A stretch of DNA of 64,000 nucleotides, the filler included, from Collodictyon triciliatum (lineage: Eukaryota), in the NCBI GenBank assembly GCA_043381765.1. It is 21 parts of 21 records of this genome, joined end to end, with 100 filler letters (N's around TTAATTAATTAA, not from the genome) between each part and the next. Parts side by side here need not be neighbours in the genome. Positions count along the whole stretch, not along the records: positions 12,227 to 15,182 come from JBHJMP010008023.1; positions 15,283 to 18,238 come from JBHJMP010008024.1; positions 18,339 to 21,293 come from JBHJMP010008025.1; positions 21,394 to 24,346 come from JBHJMP010008026.1; positions 24,447 to 27,431 come from JBHJMP010008027.1; 16 more parts are not named here. The stretch is one strand, 5' to 3'. Made by a program: the position numbers and the translations under genes. Positions 12,362 through 24,513 of the stretch are shown piece by piece. Under the pieces are notes generated by a model. The model was not told the DNA's origin, made no database searches, and was given only the letters and a program-made list of their open reading frames with translations. The number at the start of each line of letters is the position of its first letter. Within the stretch, counting starts at the first letter, position 1.

Positions 12362-14441
12362 ATGTTTCTGAGCGCTGCATCGTTTGCTGGTCGTGAAAAT
12401 GCAGTTGATACCAAGGTATCTGCGCCTCCCAAAGAAGCCGAGGAGAAAGTCGAGGAGGCAGGAAGCGACATTGACGTGATACAGGATGAAGACGAATTTG
12501 AGTGCAGCGAAGCCTCTGGCTGGACTGAAGAATCATGGATACAGTCTTTTCTATCCATGGACGGAAACGAGGTTCAATCACTATATTACCTAATTTCTTT
12601 TAATAGCGCATAAAGCTTGACTATTATTCAAATTTTACCTATTATTCTTTTTCTTTGTTCAATAATTTTATGAATAATTTCTTCTATCTTTTGGGGTGCG
12701 ATAAAATGTTCAATTTTTCTTTGAAACCTAATGGTCTTGTTTTAAACTACTTTGGAGTTCTTCACTGATGTATCGGATGATTTTTTGATGGATGACTTCA
12801 ATCTTACTGGGCTCAGTAGTGTTGTCCCGAACTATCGACAAGCTCTGCAGATTTTGCAAGATTCTGATAACGAAGGTGAAATGATTGAAATGTTTAAACA
12901 TCCAAACAAACAAACAAACAAACAAACAAACAAACAAACAAACAAACAAACAAACAAACAAACAAACAAACAAACAAACATCCAAACATCCAAACATCCA
13001 AACATCCAAACATCCAAACATCCAAACATCCAAACATCCAAACATCCAAACATCCAAACATCCAAACATCCAAACATCCGAACATCCAAACAAACATCCA
13101 AACAAACATCCAAACAAACATCCAAACAAACATCCAAACAAACATCCAAACAAACATCCAAACAAACATCCAAACAAACAAACAAACAATACATATATGA
13201 CAGTCAGTATAATTTCAAGGTGTTAATCTGTCGATTGATTTATGTTATACATTTTTCATTTTCATTTTCATTGGTAGTTTCAATCTCAATTTTCACTGAA
13301 GTGAGAAAAACATTTACAGATACTGCCATAACAGAGGATGAACAGTTGTCACTTGATCGTTCATGCATTGAACTATACGGGCTTATTCATGCCCGATTCA
13401 TAATCACTGCGCGAGGATTGGCGGCTATGGTATTAGATCCTTTACTCCTTAAGTTGCTGGAACTTTCTGTATTATTTTTGTAAAAAAAAAACAACTCCAA
13501 AACCATAATTTCGAAAGAAATATAATATACAACTCATCAATTTACAGAATGAAAAGTTTCAATCAGGCCATTTTGGTTGTTGTCCTCGAGTATTTTGTCA
13601 AAACCAATACTTGTTGCCGGTGGGGACAACAGATATTCCAAGGAAAGACACTATAAAGCTCTTTTGTCCTCGATGCGAAGAAATATATAACCCTTCATCC
13701 CGGCGTCATTCGAGTATTTATATATATATNNNNNNNNNNNNNNNNNNNNNNNNNNNNNNNNNNNNNNNNNNNNNNNNNNNNNNNNNNNNNNNNNNNNNNN
13801 NNNNNNNNNNNNNNNNNNNNNNNNNNNNNNNNNNNNNNNNNNNNNNNNNNNNNNNNNNNNNNNNNNNNNNNNNNNNNNNNNNNNNNNNNNNNNNNNNNNN
13901 NNNNNNNNNNNNNNNNNNNNNNNNNNNNNNNNNNNNNNNNNNNNNNNNNNNNNNNNNNNNNNNNNNNNNNNNNNNNNNNNNNNNNNNNNNNNNNNNNNNN
14001 NNNNNNNNNNNNNNNNNNNNNNNNNNNNNNNNNNNNNNNNNNNNNNNNNNNNNNNNNNNNNNNNNNNNNNNNNNNNNNNNNNNNNNNNNNNNNNNNNNNN
14101 NNNNNNNNNNNNNNNNNNNNNNNNNNNNNNNNNNNNNNNNNNNNNNNNNNNNNNNNNNNNNNNNNNNNNNNNNNNNNNNNNNNNNNNNNNNNNNNNNNNN
14201 NNNNNNTTCTAATCTTTCTAAATATTTATTATCTTACCGCAGAGAGCGTTTGATGAAATCATGTGAGCGCACTGACTTCCCGTCTGATGCTAGGTCATCC
14301 CTGAACAATATTGCTATAAATGGGAGCCCAGTAAGCATACCAAATGAAATTGATGCCTCAGACAAAAATCTCAGTCCCTTGCATCAGCTGACGAGTGCAA
14401 TAGAGGGCATCTCCATAACTGACCCACTCGGAAAAAACTAA
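12362..14441 (+). CDS. CSNK2B: Casein kinase II regulatory subunit beta; multi-exon, spans an internal N gap
   Basis: SWIQSFLSMDGNE|FFTDVSDDFLMDDFNLTGL...LYGLIHARFIITARGLAAM|...FGCCPRVFCQNQYLLPVG...KLFCPRCEEIYNP. The exact start is uncertain; last exon ~14243-14441. Confidence 0.93.
12897..13188. repeat. Intronic compound microsatellite (AAAC)n/(CATCCAAA)n
   Basis: Read directly from the sequence; lies inside a CK2 beta intron. Confidence 0.95.
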
Positions 14442-14892
14442 CATTGTTATGGTCCGTAAGTGTATTTCCCCTTTGACCTTTTGTAAATAAGCATGACACT
14501 TGACAAAACACCCATGATAATGACCTCTTCTGATATCCTCTTAAACTCCAACACATAAAATTGAAGTTAGATACCCGAGTCGATGGCCACATATCATCAG
14601 GCCTAGGAAAAAAATATATCCAAAATATCGCCTAGCCGTATGTAATCTACGAGCCTTTTTGATGCCTTCTTTTTCCGCGAGCACATGTCCAACAATCACT
14701 GGGTGCTATAAGACGACATAGAATCCTGGACAAAGAATAAACTTTCGCAAGTTGGCCACTTCGCAACTTAATAACGGCGTCCTCATGGACTCTTCCTTTC
14801 AATCATACTCACTCGTGTCATTGGAGTCGGCGAGGAGTTGGTTTGGTATTAAAGTATATATTCGCTGATTGTTCTAAAGGTGCGTTGCTTTC

Positions 14893-15071
14893 CTATTGTT
14901 TATTCAAATCCCTGTGAAATGGTGAGATAAATTCTTTGTATTGCGCCCGTAATTCGCTTGATGTGGGAATAAAATGTCCGCCTTCGTGTTGGGCTACAAC
15001 AGCACCATCAAATAATCTTGATAACGCTTGAGACCTATCAGCTGTCACGAGCTGGTCCGTACTTCCAAATA
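14893..15071 (-). CDS. OVCA2/FSH1-family serine hydrolase, last exon
   Basis: FGSTDQLVTADRSQALSRLFDGAVVAQHEGGHFIPTSSELRAQYKEFI...*. It carries the GxxD and HxGGHxIP motifs, with an AG acceptor at 15072-15073. Confidence 0.85.
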
Positions 15072-15282
15072 CTACAAAATGGGATTTGTTTGTGAGAAAA
15101 AATCAAAAAGCAATTATTCATACATCACGAGGAAATGAAATGGGGGAAGGGGGGGGAGGGGTGAAAAAAAAAGAAAAAAAAANNNNNNNNNNNNNNNNNN
15201 NNNNNNNNNNNNNNNNNNNNNNNNNNTTAATTAATTAANNNNNNNNNNNNNNNNNNNNNNNNNNNNNNNNNNNNNNNNNNNN

Positions 15283-15470
15283 GCGTCTTTTGTGTAGGAT
15301 GGTTTCCAGTGCTTCGTGGTTCACATAGTCATATGCTTTCTCCAGGTCGTAGAAAATCATAGCGCGGGGTGTCCCGCTTACTTGGTATTCCATGTACTCT
15401 TTGTTGACAACCATGATAATTTGCCCTTGTCTCAGTATTAGAGGGCTCTGGGTCTTTGTAAAACACAAGT
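15283..15470 (-). mobile_element. Non-LTR retrotransposon reverse transcriptase fragment
   Basis: AMIFYDLEKAYDYVNHEALETIL matches the LINE RT DxEKAYDxV motif; cut off by the contig edge. Confidence 0.85.
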
Positions 15471-16274
15471 GCTAAATGTATATAAAATATAATATATTGT
15501 TGAAATTTACAGATTATATCATTTGTAAGATAAATTATACGAATATAGATCTTATATTAATATATTCCACATATATTAAGAGCCCTTTACTTGTTTCGGA
15601 CCTGATGACGACACACTCGGACATGGTGACGAAGTTTGAGAGTGTAGGATATTCCTAATAAGGAATAAGGGCACTTATAGTTTACTTAAATAGACCACTA
15701 GACCCAATATGCACAAATTAGAATCCACATAAATATAAACGACACATATGGAGAACAATAAATGACCATATTTGTAAATTCATGAAGATTCCAGAAAGAG
15801 AACTCTCTTCACAACAACCACTGCTTGCACACCGCACGTTTAAATTCATTTTTTTCTGAAAAACACAGGAAGAAATTATTATTTTTCTATACAAAAGTTC
15901 AAATTGCAAACGAATCAAACAATAATTTCCGAAACTTTTCCTGAAGAGCGAAACTGCTGAGATTTGGCCCACAGTTTTTTTCTTCTCTCTGTCGGGTTCC
16001 TCTGCCATCCAAGTCGAGAGGCTGATTGCAGTCAATGGACACGCCGATGAGATGAATGGCAGGACAAAACCAACTCTTGAGCCGGCCGGGTGTGCTTTCC
16101 TCCCTGGCGACTTTTCTCTCACCCAGCGATTTCTCACCACCCACCTTGGCGACTTCTCCTTGCAGGGTGGTTATATAAGCGAGCGAGCAACCCCGAGTCT
16201 CGAGCAGAGGAAGTTGGGCCCAGTGCAGCGACAGCCATAACCCCACCAGACAGACCAGCCAGCCAGCCGGATCC

Positions 16275-17168
16275 ATGTCGGAAGCCAAAGGCAACAGCCA
16301 CCTCAGCACCAGCAGCACCAGCAGTGCGATCAGCGCGAACGGCTTCCCCGAATCCCTTGTGGCGGATCTGCCAGAGAATGTGCGGCGCGAACTGCACACA
16401 CAAATGATCCAGTATCTGCACAACAGTTGCGCCCGCCAGATGCCCGGCCCAACAGCGGGTCTTTCTGCCTCTGCCTCGACTTCAGCGACCTCGGGGTCAC
16501 TCTCAGCGCCAGCAGCGGCAGTCACTTCGCCAGGAATCGCCAGCAGCGGATTTGGCAATGGCCTCATCTCGCTATTTGATGCAGTTGAGGTGCCGCGATC
16601 AGTGGAGGAGGTGATGCGGCTTATTCGGCGCTTCCAGCTTGTCTCGGAGGAGGCTGTTTGCGGTGGGATTCTTTACATGCAGCGCTTCCTGCGCGCCCGG
16701 GACTGCATTCTGACGCACGATAATCTACGCCCGCTCTTTCTGGTGGCAACTGCGCTGGCTGCAAAGTTTATTGAGGATGTGACCTACAATAACCTGACCT
16801 TTGCCCAGCTCGGAGACATCCCTTTGGATCTCTTCAACGCCCTGGAACTTGAGTTTCTTGCAGCTGTCCGATTCCACCTAAGTATCGATCCAGCGCGCCT
16901 GGAGTCGGTTCTCCGGGCATTCTTAGCTGAGGCCCACACACGGATCACACTCGCACCAACACCGATTCCAAATCCCATTCATGTTAGTTCCTCCACCAGC
17001 CAGGGACTGCACAACAGTGCAGCCCCACCTCAGAGCGAGACTCAGGCTCATGGGCGAAGGCAGACACCTTCGCGGCCACAGACGACACAGTCACAAGAAA
17101 ACACAAACTCAGATGAACAGCACCACAGGCGAGCACAGACCCCTGTTCGGCCTTCACGGAGAAGATAG
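16275..17168 (+). CDS. PHO80/cyclin-U (P-type)-like cyclin, intronless
   Basis: GC-rich 297-aa ORF with LYMQRF...LTHDNLRPLFLVATALAAKFIEDVTYNNLTFAQLGDIPLDLFNALELEFLAAVRFHLSI. Confidence 0.9.
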   Translation: MSEAKGNSHLSTSSTSSAISANGFPESLVADLPENVRRELHTQMIQYLHNSCARQMPGPTAGLSASASTSATSGSLSAPAAAVTSPGIASSGFGNGLISLFDAVEVPRSVEEVMRLIRRFQLVSEEAVCGGILYMQRFLRARDCILTHDNLRPLFLVATALAAKFIEDVTYNNLTFAQLGDIPLDLFNALELEFLAAVRFHLSIDPARLESVLRAFLAEAHTRITLAPTPIPNPIHVSSSTSQGLHNSAAPPQSETQAHGRRQTPSRPQTTQSQENTNSDEQHHRRAQTPVRPSRRR

Positions 17169-18187
17169 TCCTCCCTGTTTATGGTGAGGGAAGAACCAGT
17201 GGCGTCTAGATGGATGTATTTTTTTTCGTAACTAAAAAAAAAAATAAGAAAAAAAAAAAAGGAAAGGAAAGAAAAAGAAAAGATGAACCACGTGGAGAAA
17301 ATCCAAGAACGTGTTTCTGTGCCCACACCGAACTTGTCTCCGATGGTAGACTTTCAGTATCTAATCCCCTCCCTCTTCGTCTCTCCATATTCGCTCATAT
17401 CTGTTACAAATACTTTTGGGGTTTACACCAACAGACCCACACCCAGCTTCTATGAGATGTATCCACACTTACAATGATTAAAACCAACAAAAAGAAATCT
17501 CCCAAGGGCCCGTCTCATCTCCATTTATCCAGAAATCACGTGTCATCGGAACTTTCCTCGTTTTTCTTTTAGGGTCATTTTCGTTATCATTCTGATCAAA
17601 GGAAGATATCATCAAGGCGAACAAGCGATACACTATGTTAAAGCCTTCGGTGCCCCAAGGCAAGAGCCACCCGGTGCACGCTACGTATGTCTTCCTCATA
17701 TCACTCACCAGCCACCGATTCGACTTCCTTCTTTGCATCCCAGCAGGTGGGAAAAACCTTTTGAGTTATGACGATTAATACCAAAAGAAAAAGGAAAAAG
17801 AAAAAAGGAACCGAAAAAGCCGGGGGGCTTTGAGACTCTCCACATTGTTACAAAGAGAGGCGATCGAACGAAAAGTCTATGATCCTTTCCTTTTTTTTTT
17901 TTTTTTTTAATAATAATACTATTATTAATTTTTTTTTCGCACTGCCTTAATGTTTACAGGTTTGAAAAAATTATTTTTTTTTTAAAATGGTCATCTTAGA
18001 CTGAATAGTTGATTGCGATTTATGGGCGGTGAAGATTGGATTTGATTTGATGGGATTGGTTGAGGAATAGGAGGTTGGACGGGGATCTGCTTAAGTGGGA
18101 GTTGTTGAGGATCGGCAGAGTGTCCGTCCATTATTCATGCGGCTCAACGCACTCGGCAGGGATGACGAACATCTGTGCTTGTGATTA

Positions 18188-18238
<51 letters not shown>

Positions 18239-18338
18239 NNNNNNNNNNNNNNNNNNNNNNNNNNNNNNNNNNNNNNNNNNNNTTAATTAATTAANNNNNN
18301 NNNNNNNNNNNNNNNNNNNNNNNNNNNNNNNNNNNNNN

Positions 18339-18710
18339 GCGATCTTCAAGTCTAGACGCAAACTCTTCTCTGAGAAATTCGTACTGAGAGGGATTGTCGT
18401 AGAAGGCCGTACGCTCGCGTTGGATTTTCTTTGCCTACAAAATCAAGAGATGAATAATAAATAATAAAAAAAGTAAATAAAAAAAAAACACTTGTTCAAT
18501 TGAAAGTAAATCGAGAGATGAAATATAAATCACGAAAGTGTCAATAAAACAAAACGAATCCAACAGCAGAAAACTCACGTCTCGGTCGAAGATAACCATG
18601 CTTGAGTTATTTGTGGCCTGCCGGGCGAGCGAGGAAGTCCGTAACGTTCGCATGTTGCGGCAGATGCCCCAGCCATGCATACCTTTGCTGAGTGCATGCC
18701 AGGTTGCCAT
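18339..18710 (-). CDS. NDUFAF5: NDUFAF5 (complex I assembly factor), first two exons with a putative mitochondrial presequence
   Basis: MATWHALSKG...RNMRTLRTSSLARQ...VIFDRD|AKKIQRERTAF...QYEFLREEFASRLEDR; intron 18578-18435 is GT-AG. Confidence 0.8.
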
Positions 18711-19273
18711 TCTTTCGGGTGGCTTTGTGGAGGGAGATGGAGAAGCAGGGAGTCTGTTGGTGAGGAGACCTGCAGGATGATCGTGCCGTGCCTCTGTGCT
18801 GTGCTTCTCAACCCAACACTACCTCGCAAGCAGGCCGTGCGTGCGTCTGCAAATCGGAAAGCGGAAAACACAAAGGAAAGTTTCATTATAACTAATTGTG
18901 GATAATATAACTCAATGTCATTTTCGACATATGCAGTGGCACAAAGTACTCAATATGCATCGTATAATTAGATGAAACAAATAATTCTAGAGCTAAATTG
19001 TCTAGGGTGCTAAGATCCATTGCGTTGCGTTGTGCGCTGCCCTTGCTGCGCTGGCAATGGAAATACACAAACGTCTTGCAGAGGGCCCAATTGATCAATC
19101 CCTGATGAGCTGGCCACAGCCAACTTGGTGTCGTGATCACGCCACCGGTCAAACTGCTAACGAGCCATCAAACAACCTCAAGTACGTTCGGTCACATTCC
19201 TAGTTCTCTACCGCCTTTATTTCGTAAAAACAATAGTTCTATCGTCGGACAAGTTCACACCCGAAACCTCGAG

Positions 19274-21129
19274 ATGAAAGAATTCTGGCCTTTCTTCCTA
19301 TTGGCGGCATATTTCTCCCCGTGGAGGGAGCTCTCGCCCATCCTATTTTTTGTTGGCGTTTACTACTTGATCGCTTCGCGCCAGGATCCCATCATGAAGG
19401 TTTAGACTTCCCTTTTATGAAAGAAAGCTTGCCCTTGGGATACTAGCCTCACTTTGTTTGTATATACGGTTAGAAGTTGAAGAAGGAGATCAAGAAACCT
19501 GACTTCGTCGCTATCGGTCTGTTCCCATTTATCCGTTCGATTTTAAAGTGACATCAAGTATCTCCATTCTTTTTTTGTTATTTTTTTTTTTAACCTATCA
19601 TTCTATCATTTCTTATCCTTCTCAATTTTTTTCAATACAAAAATATCGGCCTGTTCCTTTTCTTCTCCCGGAGGGGGGTATCTTAACTACGACATGAAAT
19701 ACCACTCTCTTCAAAACACTTTGTTATTCAAACTGAATTTCAATTCGCTATCTATATTAGATTGCATGTAGAATACTTTATACTCCCAAGACTCACTAAA
19801 ATTCGTATGATATTGACCATTGAATTATCCTATCGCACATAATAGGCGATAAATACCGTAACATTGATGAATTAGGCGAGGCTCTAAGAAAGGCCGGGCT
19901 GGAAGGATCGAATTTAATTTTAGGTAACTAGAAACCTTGCGTTCATGTAAGTATCTATCTAACTAAGACAATGGGTCTTGATAAGGATTGTGAATTCTAT
20001 GTTACAGCTTATGCAACTGAGAGCAACAATAGGTTTGTATGAGGTTCCCATGAACTTGATACAAATTCATATGTAGGTGTGGATTTTACCTCTAGCAATA
20101 CTTCCTCAGGAAGGAGAACGTTTGGAGATAACCTTCACGCTATATCTCCAAAAAGAAAGAATCCGTATCAAGAGGTTATCGAGATCATTGGGAAGACTCT
20201 GGTACATTTCCTGGTGTTTTTTTTGTCTATTATGCACGTTGAGATGTGCTGATTGCATCGTCCAAAAAAAGAAATATTCAGCACTTGCTACTCATAGATG
20301 ATTCATTTTTTTTTTTAATGCGATGGCTTTAATATTCTAGGCCCCCTTTGATGATGATAACGAAATTGATGCTTTTGGATTTGGTGACAATATGACTTGC
20401 GACGAATCTGTATTTTCCTTCAATACCGGAAGTCCATGTCAAGGATTCGCTGATGTAAGTCTTGATATTCTTTAATTTCTGCAAGGGTAATATTATTATA
20501 TCTGCCTCGGAACCCTCCCCTTCCCCACCTCCCCCTCCCTGGCCTCCTTCCCAAATGAAATAATTATAATCCTGTTTCATAAAAAGTAATTAACAAAAGG
20601 TCCTTGAGAAATATTCAAATATCGCTCAAACTGTTACACTATCCGGACCAACATGTTTTGCTCCCATTATTCGGCAAGCCATTGAAATCGTGAAGGAGAA
20701 GAAGTCATATCATATTCTAGTCATAATAGCCGATGGACAAGTGACCCTTCACCTTATATTTAAAACAACAGCATACACATTTTTTTAAGACTCTAATTCA
20801 TATATATAACCATGTCAAAAGATCCAGTAACTGAATGATATATGTATTAGATGTCCAATCAAAGAAAAACAGCAAATGCGATTGTCGAGGCATCCGACTA
20901 TCCTTTAAGCATTGTTGTAGTTGGGGTTGGAGATGGACCCTGGGATACCATGGAAGAATATGTAAGGATTTAGAATAATAATAATTTCGCAGTTATCTCC
21001 TTTGCGCGCATTAATTTTGAGAGTCACCAGATATTGATCTGTATGTTATGCTTTCCTGCTCGTTAATCAGCTAATAATACCGTTTTGAATGCCCAGGATG
21101 ACCAACTTCCTGAACGAAGATTTGACAAT
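19274..21129 (+). CDS. RGLG/copine-type VWA-domain protein with a hydrophobic N-terminus, 3'-partial
   Basis: ALRKAGLEGSNLILG|VDFTSSN...NPYQEVIEIIGKTL|APFDDDNEIDAFGFGD...LSGPTCFAPII...YHILVIIADGQ...AIVEASDYPLSIVVVGVGDGPWDTMEEY|DDQLPERRFDN. Confidence 0.92.
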
Positions 21130-22579
21130 GTAGGCTTATGACCAAGCGAACGAATCATTTTTGAAAAAACAAAGAAACAAAGAAACAAAGAAACAAAGAA
21201 ACAAAGAAACAAAGAAACAAAGAAACAAAGAAACAAAGAAACAAAGAAACAAAGAAACAAAGAAACAAAGAAACAAAGAAACGAAACAATGAANNNNNNN
21301 NNNNNNNNNNNNNNNNNNNNNNNNNNNNNNNNNNNNNTTAATTAATTAANNNNNNNNNNNNNNNNNNNNNNNNNNNNNNNNNNNNNNNNNNNNCGGGTTG
21401 AGCAAACTTCACTGCTGGTTGTGCATGATTTCAATACCAAATAAACGGTCAAGCTTCAATCCCATCAATTATTAATAACCCTGAATAGCCTAGTTTTTTG
21501 GCTCAGACACTCAGAAAGAAATACAGGAGAAGGGACCCGGTGTTCCATTAAAAATACGTCGTAAAGCTAAATGTTATGTAAAAATTATCTCAGATACAGC
21601 GACATAAACTCGACAGGACCGATTTTCAAAGAAACAAAGCCATGTGCAAACTTTCATCAGTCATGCAACCTCATGCGCTCTTTATTCAGTCTCAAACATG
21701 ACCAGAAACTGCGCTAAAGCTCTTCTATTTCCAATAAAAAAAGTCTACGTGTAATAACAATTAATCTCAACTATGCCTCTAATCAATACTCTTTCATCTT
21801 ATTTTTCTGTTGTCTTCCTTACCAGTCAATCAAATTTATACAACTATCGCTCCGAAACTATAAAAGTCCTATCAATTACATTCAATCCGATAATCAGCCA
21901 TCGATTTCACTTCCCTGTATACAGCTTATTTATGTCCTATAATTAATACAAGTTTTACTATTCTAGGTTTCTGTCTAAAAACCATTTCAACATTCCAATA
22001 TATATCACCTATTAACTCATATAATGTGCCACTTGTACTTTGCAAAAAAAAATATTATTTACAATCTGTGTCTAAAGAACAATTAAATAGCTATAGTCTA
22101 TACATCTTATTTCGCATAATATGTGTCCATTTACATTTATTTGTATTTATTTGCATAATTCTGAGAGTTTCTCATTATTTGTACTCTATCCACCTCAATC
22201 TGCACATATTCTCATTAATCCACATCAATCAGCACACCAATTGCCATATATTTGCACTTTATCCCTTGTTCCCATCTGCCTTCCACGCCATGCACCCGTG
22301 TCTCTTGCTTCACCACCTTTGCTTCTTCACCTTCTTCGATATGCTGCGCTTCTTCGCTTGTCATCCTCTCTGCCGCCTATGTACGGTCTTGCGTCCCTTG
22401 TGTCCCTCCCGCGCCACACCATCTGCTTCCATTTTCGGAGGACCGATTGCCCTATAATAACACCCCAACTACCTATACACCCACCACCGCCTTCTCCTCT
22501 CTTTTCCCATCATCAAAAAAAAATAAAAAAATTGAATCCCTTACTCACCGGCCTTGCCCAGGTACCGTACCTTTCCTGG

Positions 22580-22884
22580 CGCCCTAAATAAAACTTTTCC
22601 AAATCTTAGCACTGTAGGTGGAAATACAGCTGATGCTGATGGTTTTGAAATACGTATAGTAGCTTATCGAGTTGCAAGTGATACACCAAATACGATCACG
22701 ATTGAAAATACATCAGGTACTACAATGCTTTTTTATTGCAAGTGGAACAATAACTGAAGTGCCAAGTACTGGTTCAAACACTTTACAATTTTTAGCTAGT
22801 ACAGCTAGTGGACAACTCATTTGTGTGTATAGACTTGACAATGTCAGTAATTATAGCTGGATAGTAAGAAGTTACGGTGGATAA
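22580..22884 (+). pseudogene. Frameshifted Thr/Ser/Gly-rich beta-strand gene fragment of unknown origin
   Basis: Two overlapping frames join to FPNLSTVGGNTADADGFEIRIVAY...TITIENTSG...ASGTITEVPSTGSNTLQF...LICVY...SWIVRSYGG*. Confidence 0.35.
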
Positions 22885-23658
22885 ATTTATTTATTATTAT
22901 TTGGACCCGGTGTTGATTGTATCGTTGATTATTAACTTGTGTTTGATTGCTGAGCGTGCGATAGAGTCCATACAATAAATTTGAAGTTTCCGTTACAGAT
23001 GTAAAACGTGAGAATAATGTGCCAAAAAATTTTACGCTTGGGTCGTAGAAAAAAATGTCCACTTACTGTTTTAAGGTTCAGAATACCGAACAAAACATTC
23101 AGTGAGTATACAAAGCATACAAAGCATACAAAGCATCTCACCCGAAAAAATGAGAATGCGCGTTGTGAGAAAAGTCGTCTTTCGGTGGTTTATAAAAGTT
23201 TAGCCATGATGATAATTTACCTTTTCACACATTACATTTCGTCAAAGAGCATTAGTTTAAGGTAACAAGAGCATTTTTTTTATTTGTTTTTGTTTTTTCA
23301 ACATTCATTTCATCAAAACATAAGCAAGAGTATTTCGATCGTCTGAAGTAGAATGAGTGACGACGATGCTGATTCCCAAAATTATAAATTAAATAAAAAA
23401 AATATGAAGAAAAGAGAGGTCGTGGAATGAGGAGTACGATAAACGGGGAAAAAAGCGAGGGAGAGAGAAAGGGCTCTTGCAAAACTCAAGAGGCAAAATG
23501 AGTTGCGTGAAGAAAGGGAAATCAAGAATCAAAAAGAGAAAATAACGAAATAGAAAAGTGGAAGGTGAAAAAATAAAAAAAAAAAGTAAATAGAGTTTAA
23601 GATGTACTGAAGTTTTTTTATAAATTTGTCCATGTAACAGCTCCTGATGAGATTTGCT

Positions 23659-24129
23659 GCGGGATTATGATACGGGATTATGGCACGGGATTATGACACG
23701 GGATTATGACATGGGATTATGATACTGGATTATGCCACGGGATTATGCCACGGGATTATGACACTGCGGGATTATGAAACGGGATTATACTACGGGATTA
23801 TGGCACGGGATTTTGACACGGGATTTTGACACGGGATTTTGACACGGGATTATGACACGGGATTATGATACTGGATTATGACACGGGATTATGATACTGG
23901 ATTATGACATGGGATAATGATACTGGATTATGACACGGGATTATGATACTGGATTATGCCACGGGATTATGACACGGGATTATGACACGGGATTATGACA
24001 CGGGATTATACTACGGGATTATGATACGGGATTTTGTCACTGGATTATACTACGGGATTATGCCACGGGATTATGACACGGGATTATGATACGGGATTAT
24101 GATACGGGATTATGATACGGGATTATGAC
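23659..24129. repeat. 13-bp minisatellite, consensus CGGGATTATGACA, about 36 degenerate copies
   Basis: Read directly; variants include ATGATAC, ATGCCAC, TTTGACAC and ATACTAC. Confidence 0.95.
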
Positions 24130-24446
24130 GCCATAAATCAAGGGTTTACTATATCACTGGGTGGGATGGTTTGTGTTTGTATCATATATGATTTTTCTTT
24201 TTTCTTTTTCTTTTTTTCTTTCTTTCTTTTTCTCTTTTTCTCTTTTTCTCTTTTTTTTCTTTTTTTCTTTTTTTCTTTTTTTCTTTTTTTCTTTTTTTCT
24301 TTTTTTCTTTTTTTCTTTTTTTCTTTTTTTCTTTTTTTCTTTTTTTNNNNNNNNNNNNNNNNNNNNNNNNNNNNNNNNNNNNNNNNNNNNTTAATTAATT
24401 AANNNNNNNNNNNNNNNNNNNNNNNNNNNNNNNNNNNNNNNNNNNN

Positions 24447-24513
<67 letters not shown>

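Noticed and set aside
12728-13226. Repetitive ORFs (CLFV/KQTN/KHPN) and the poly-F/K/Y/I/N ORFs across the window
   Set aside because: They are translations of intronic or contig-end microsatellites.
23659-24129. Telomere or CRISPR array
   Set aside because: There are no unique spacers, GGGATT is not TTAGGG or CCCTAA on either strand, and the array is internal to the contig.
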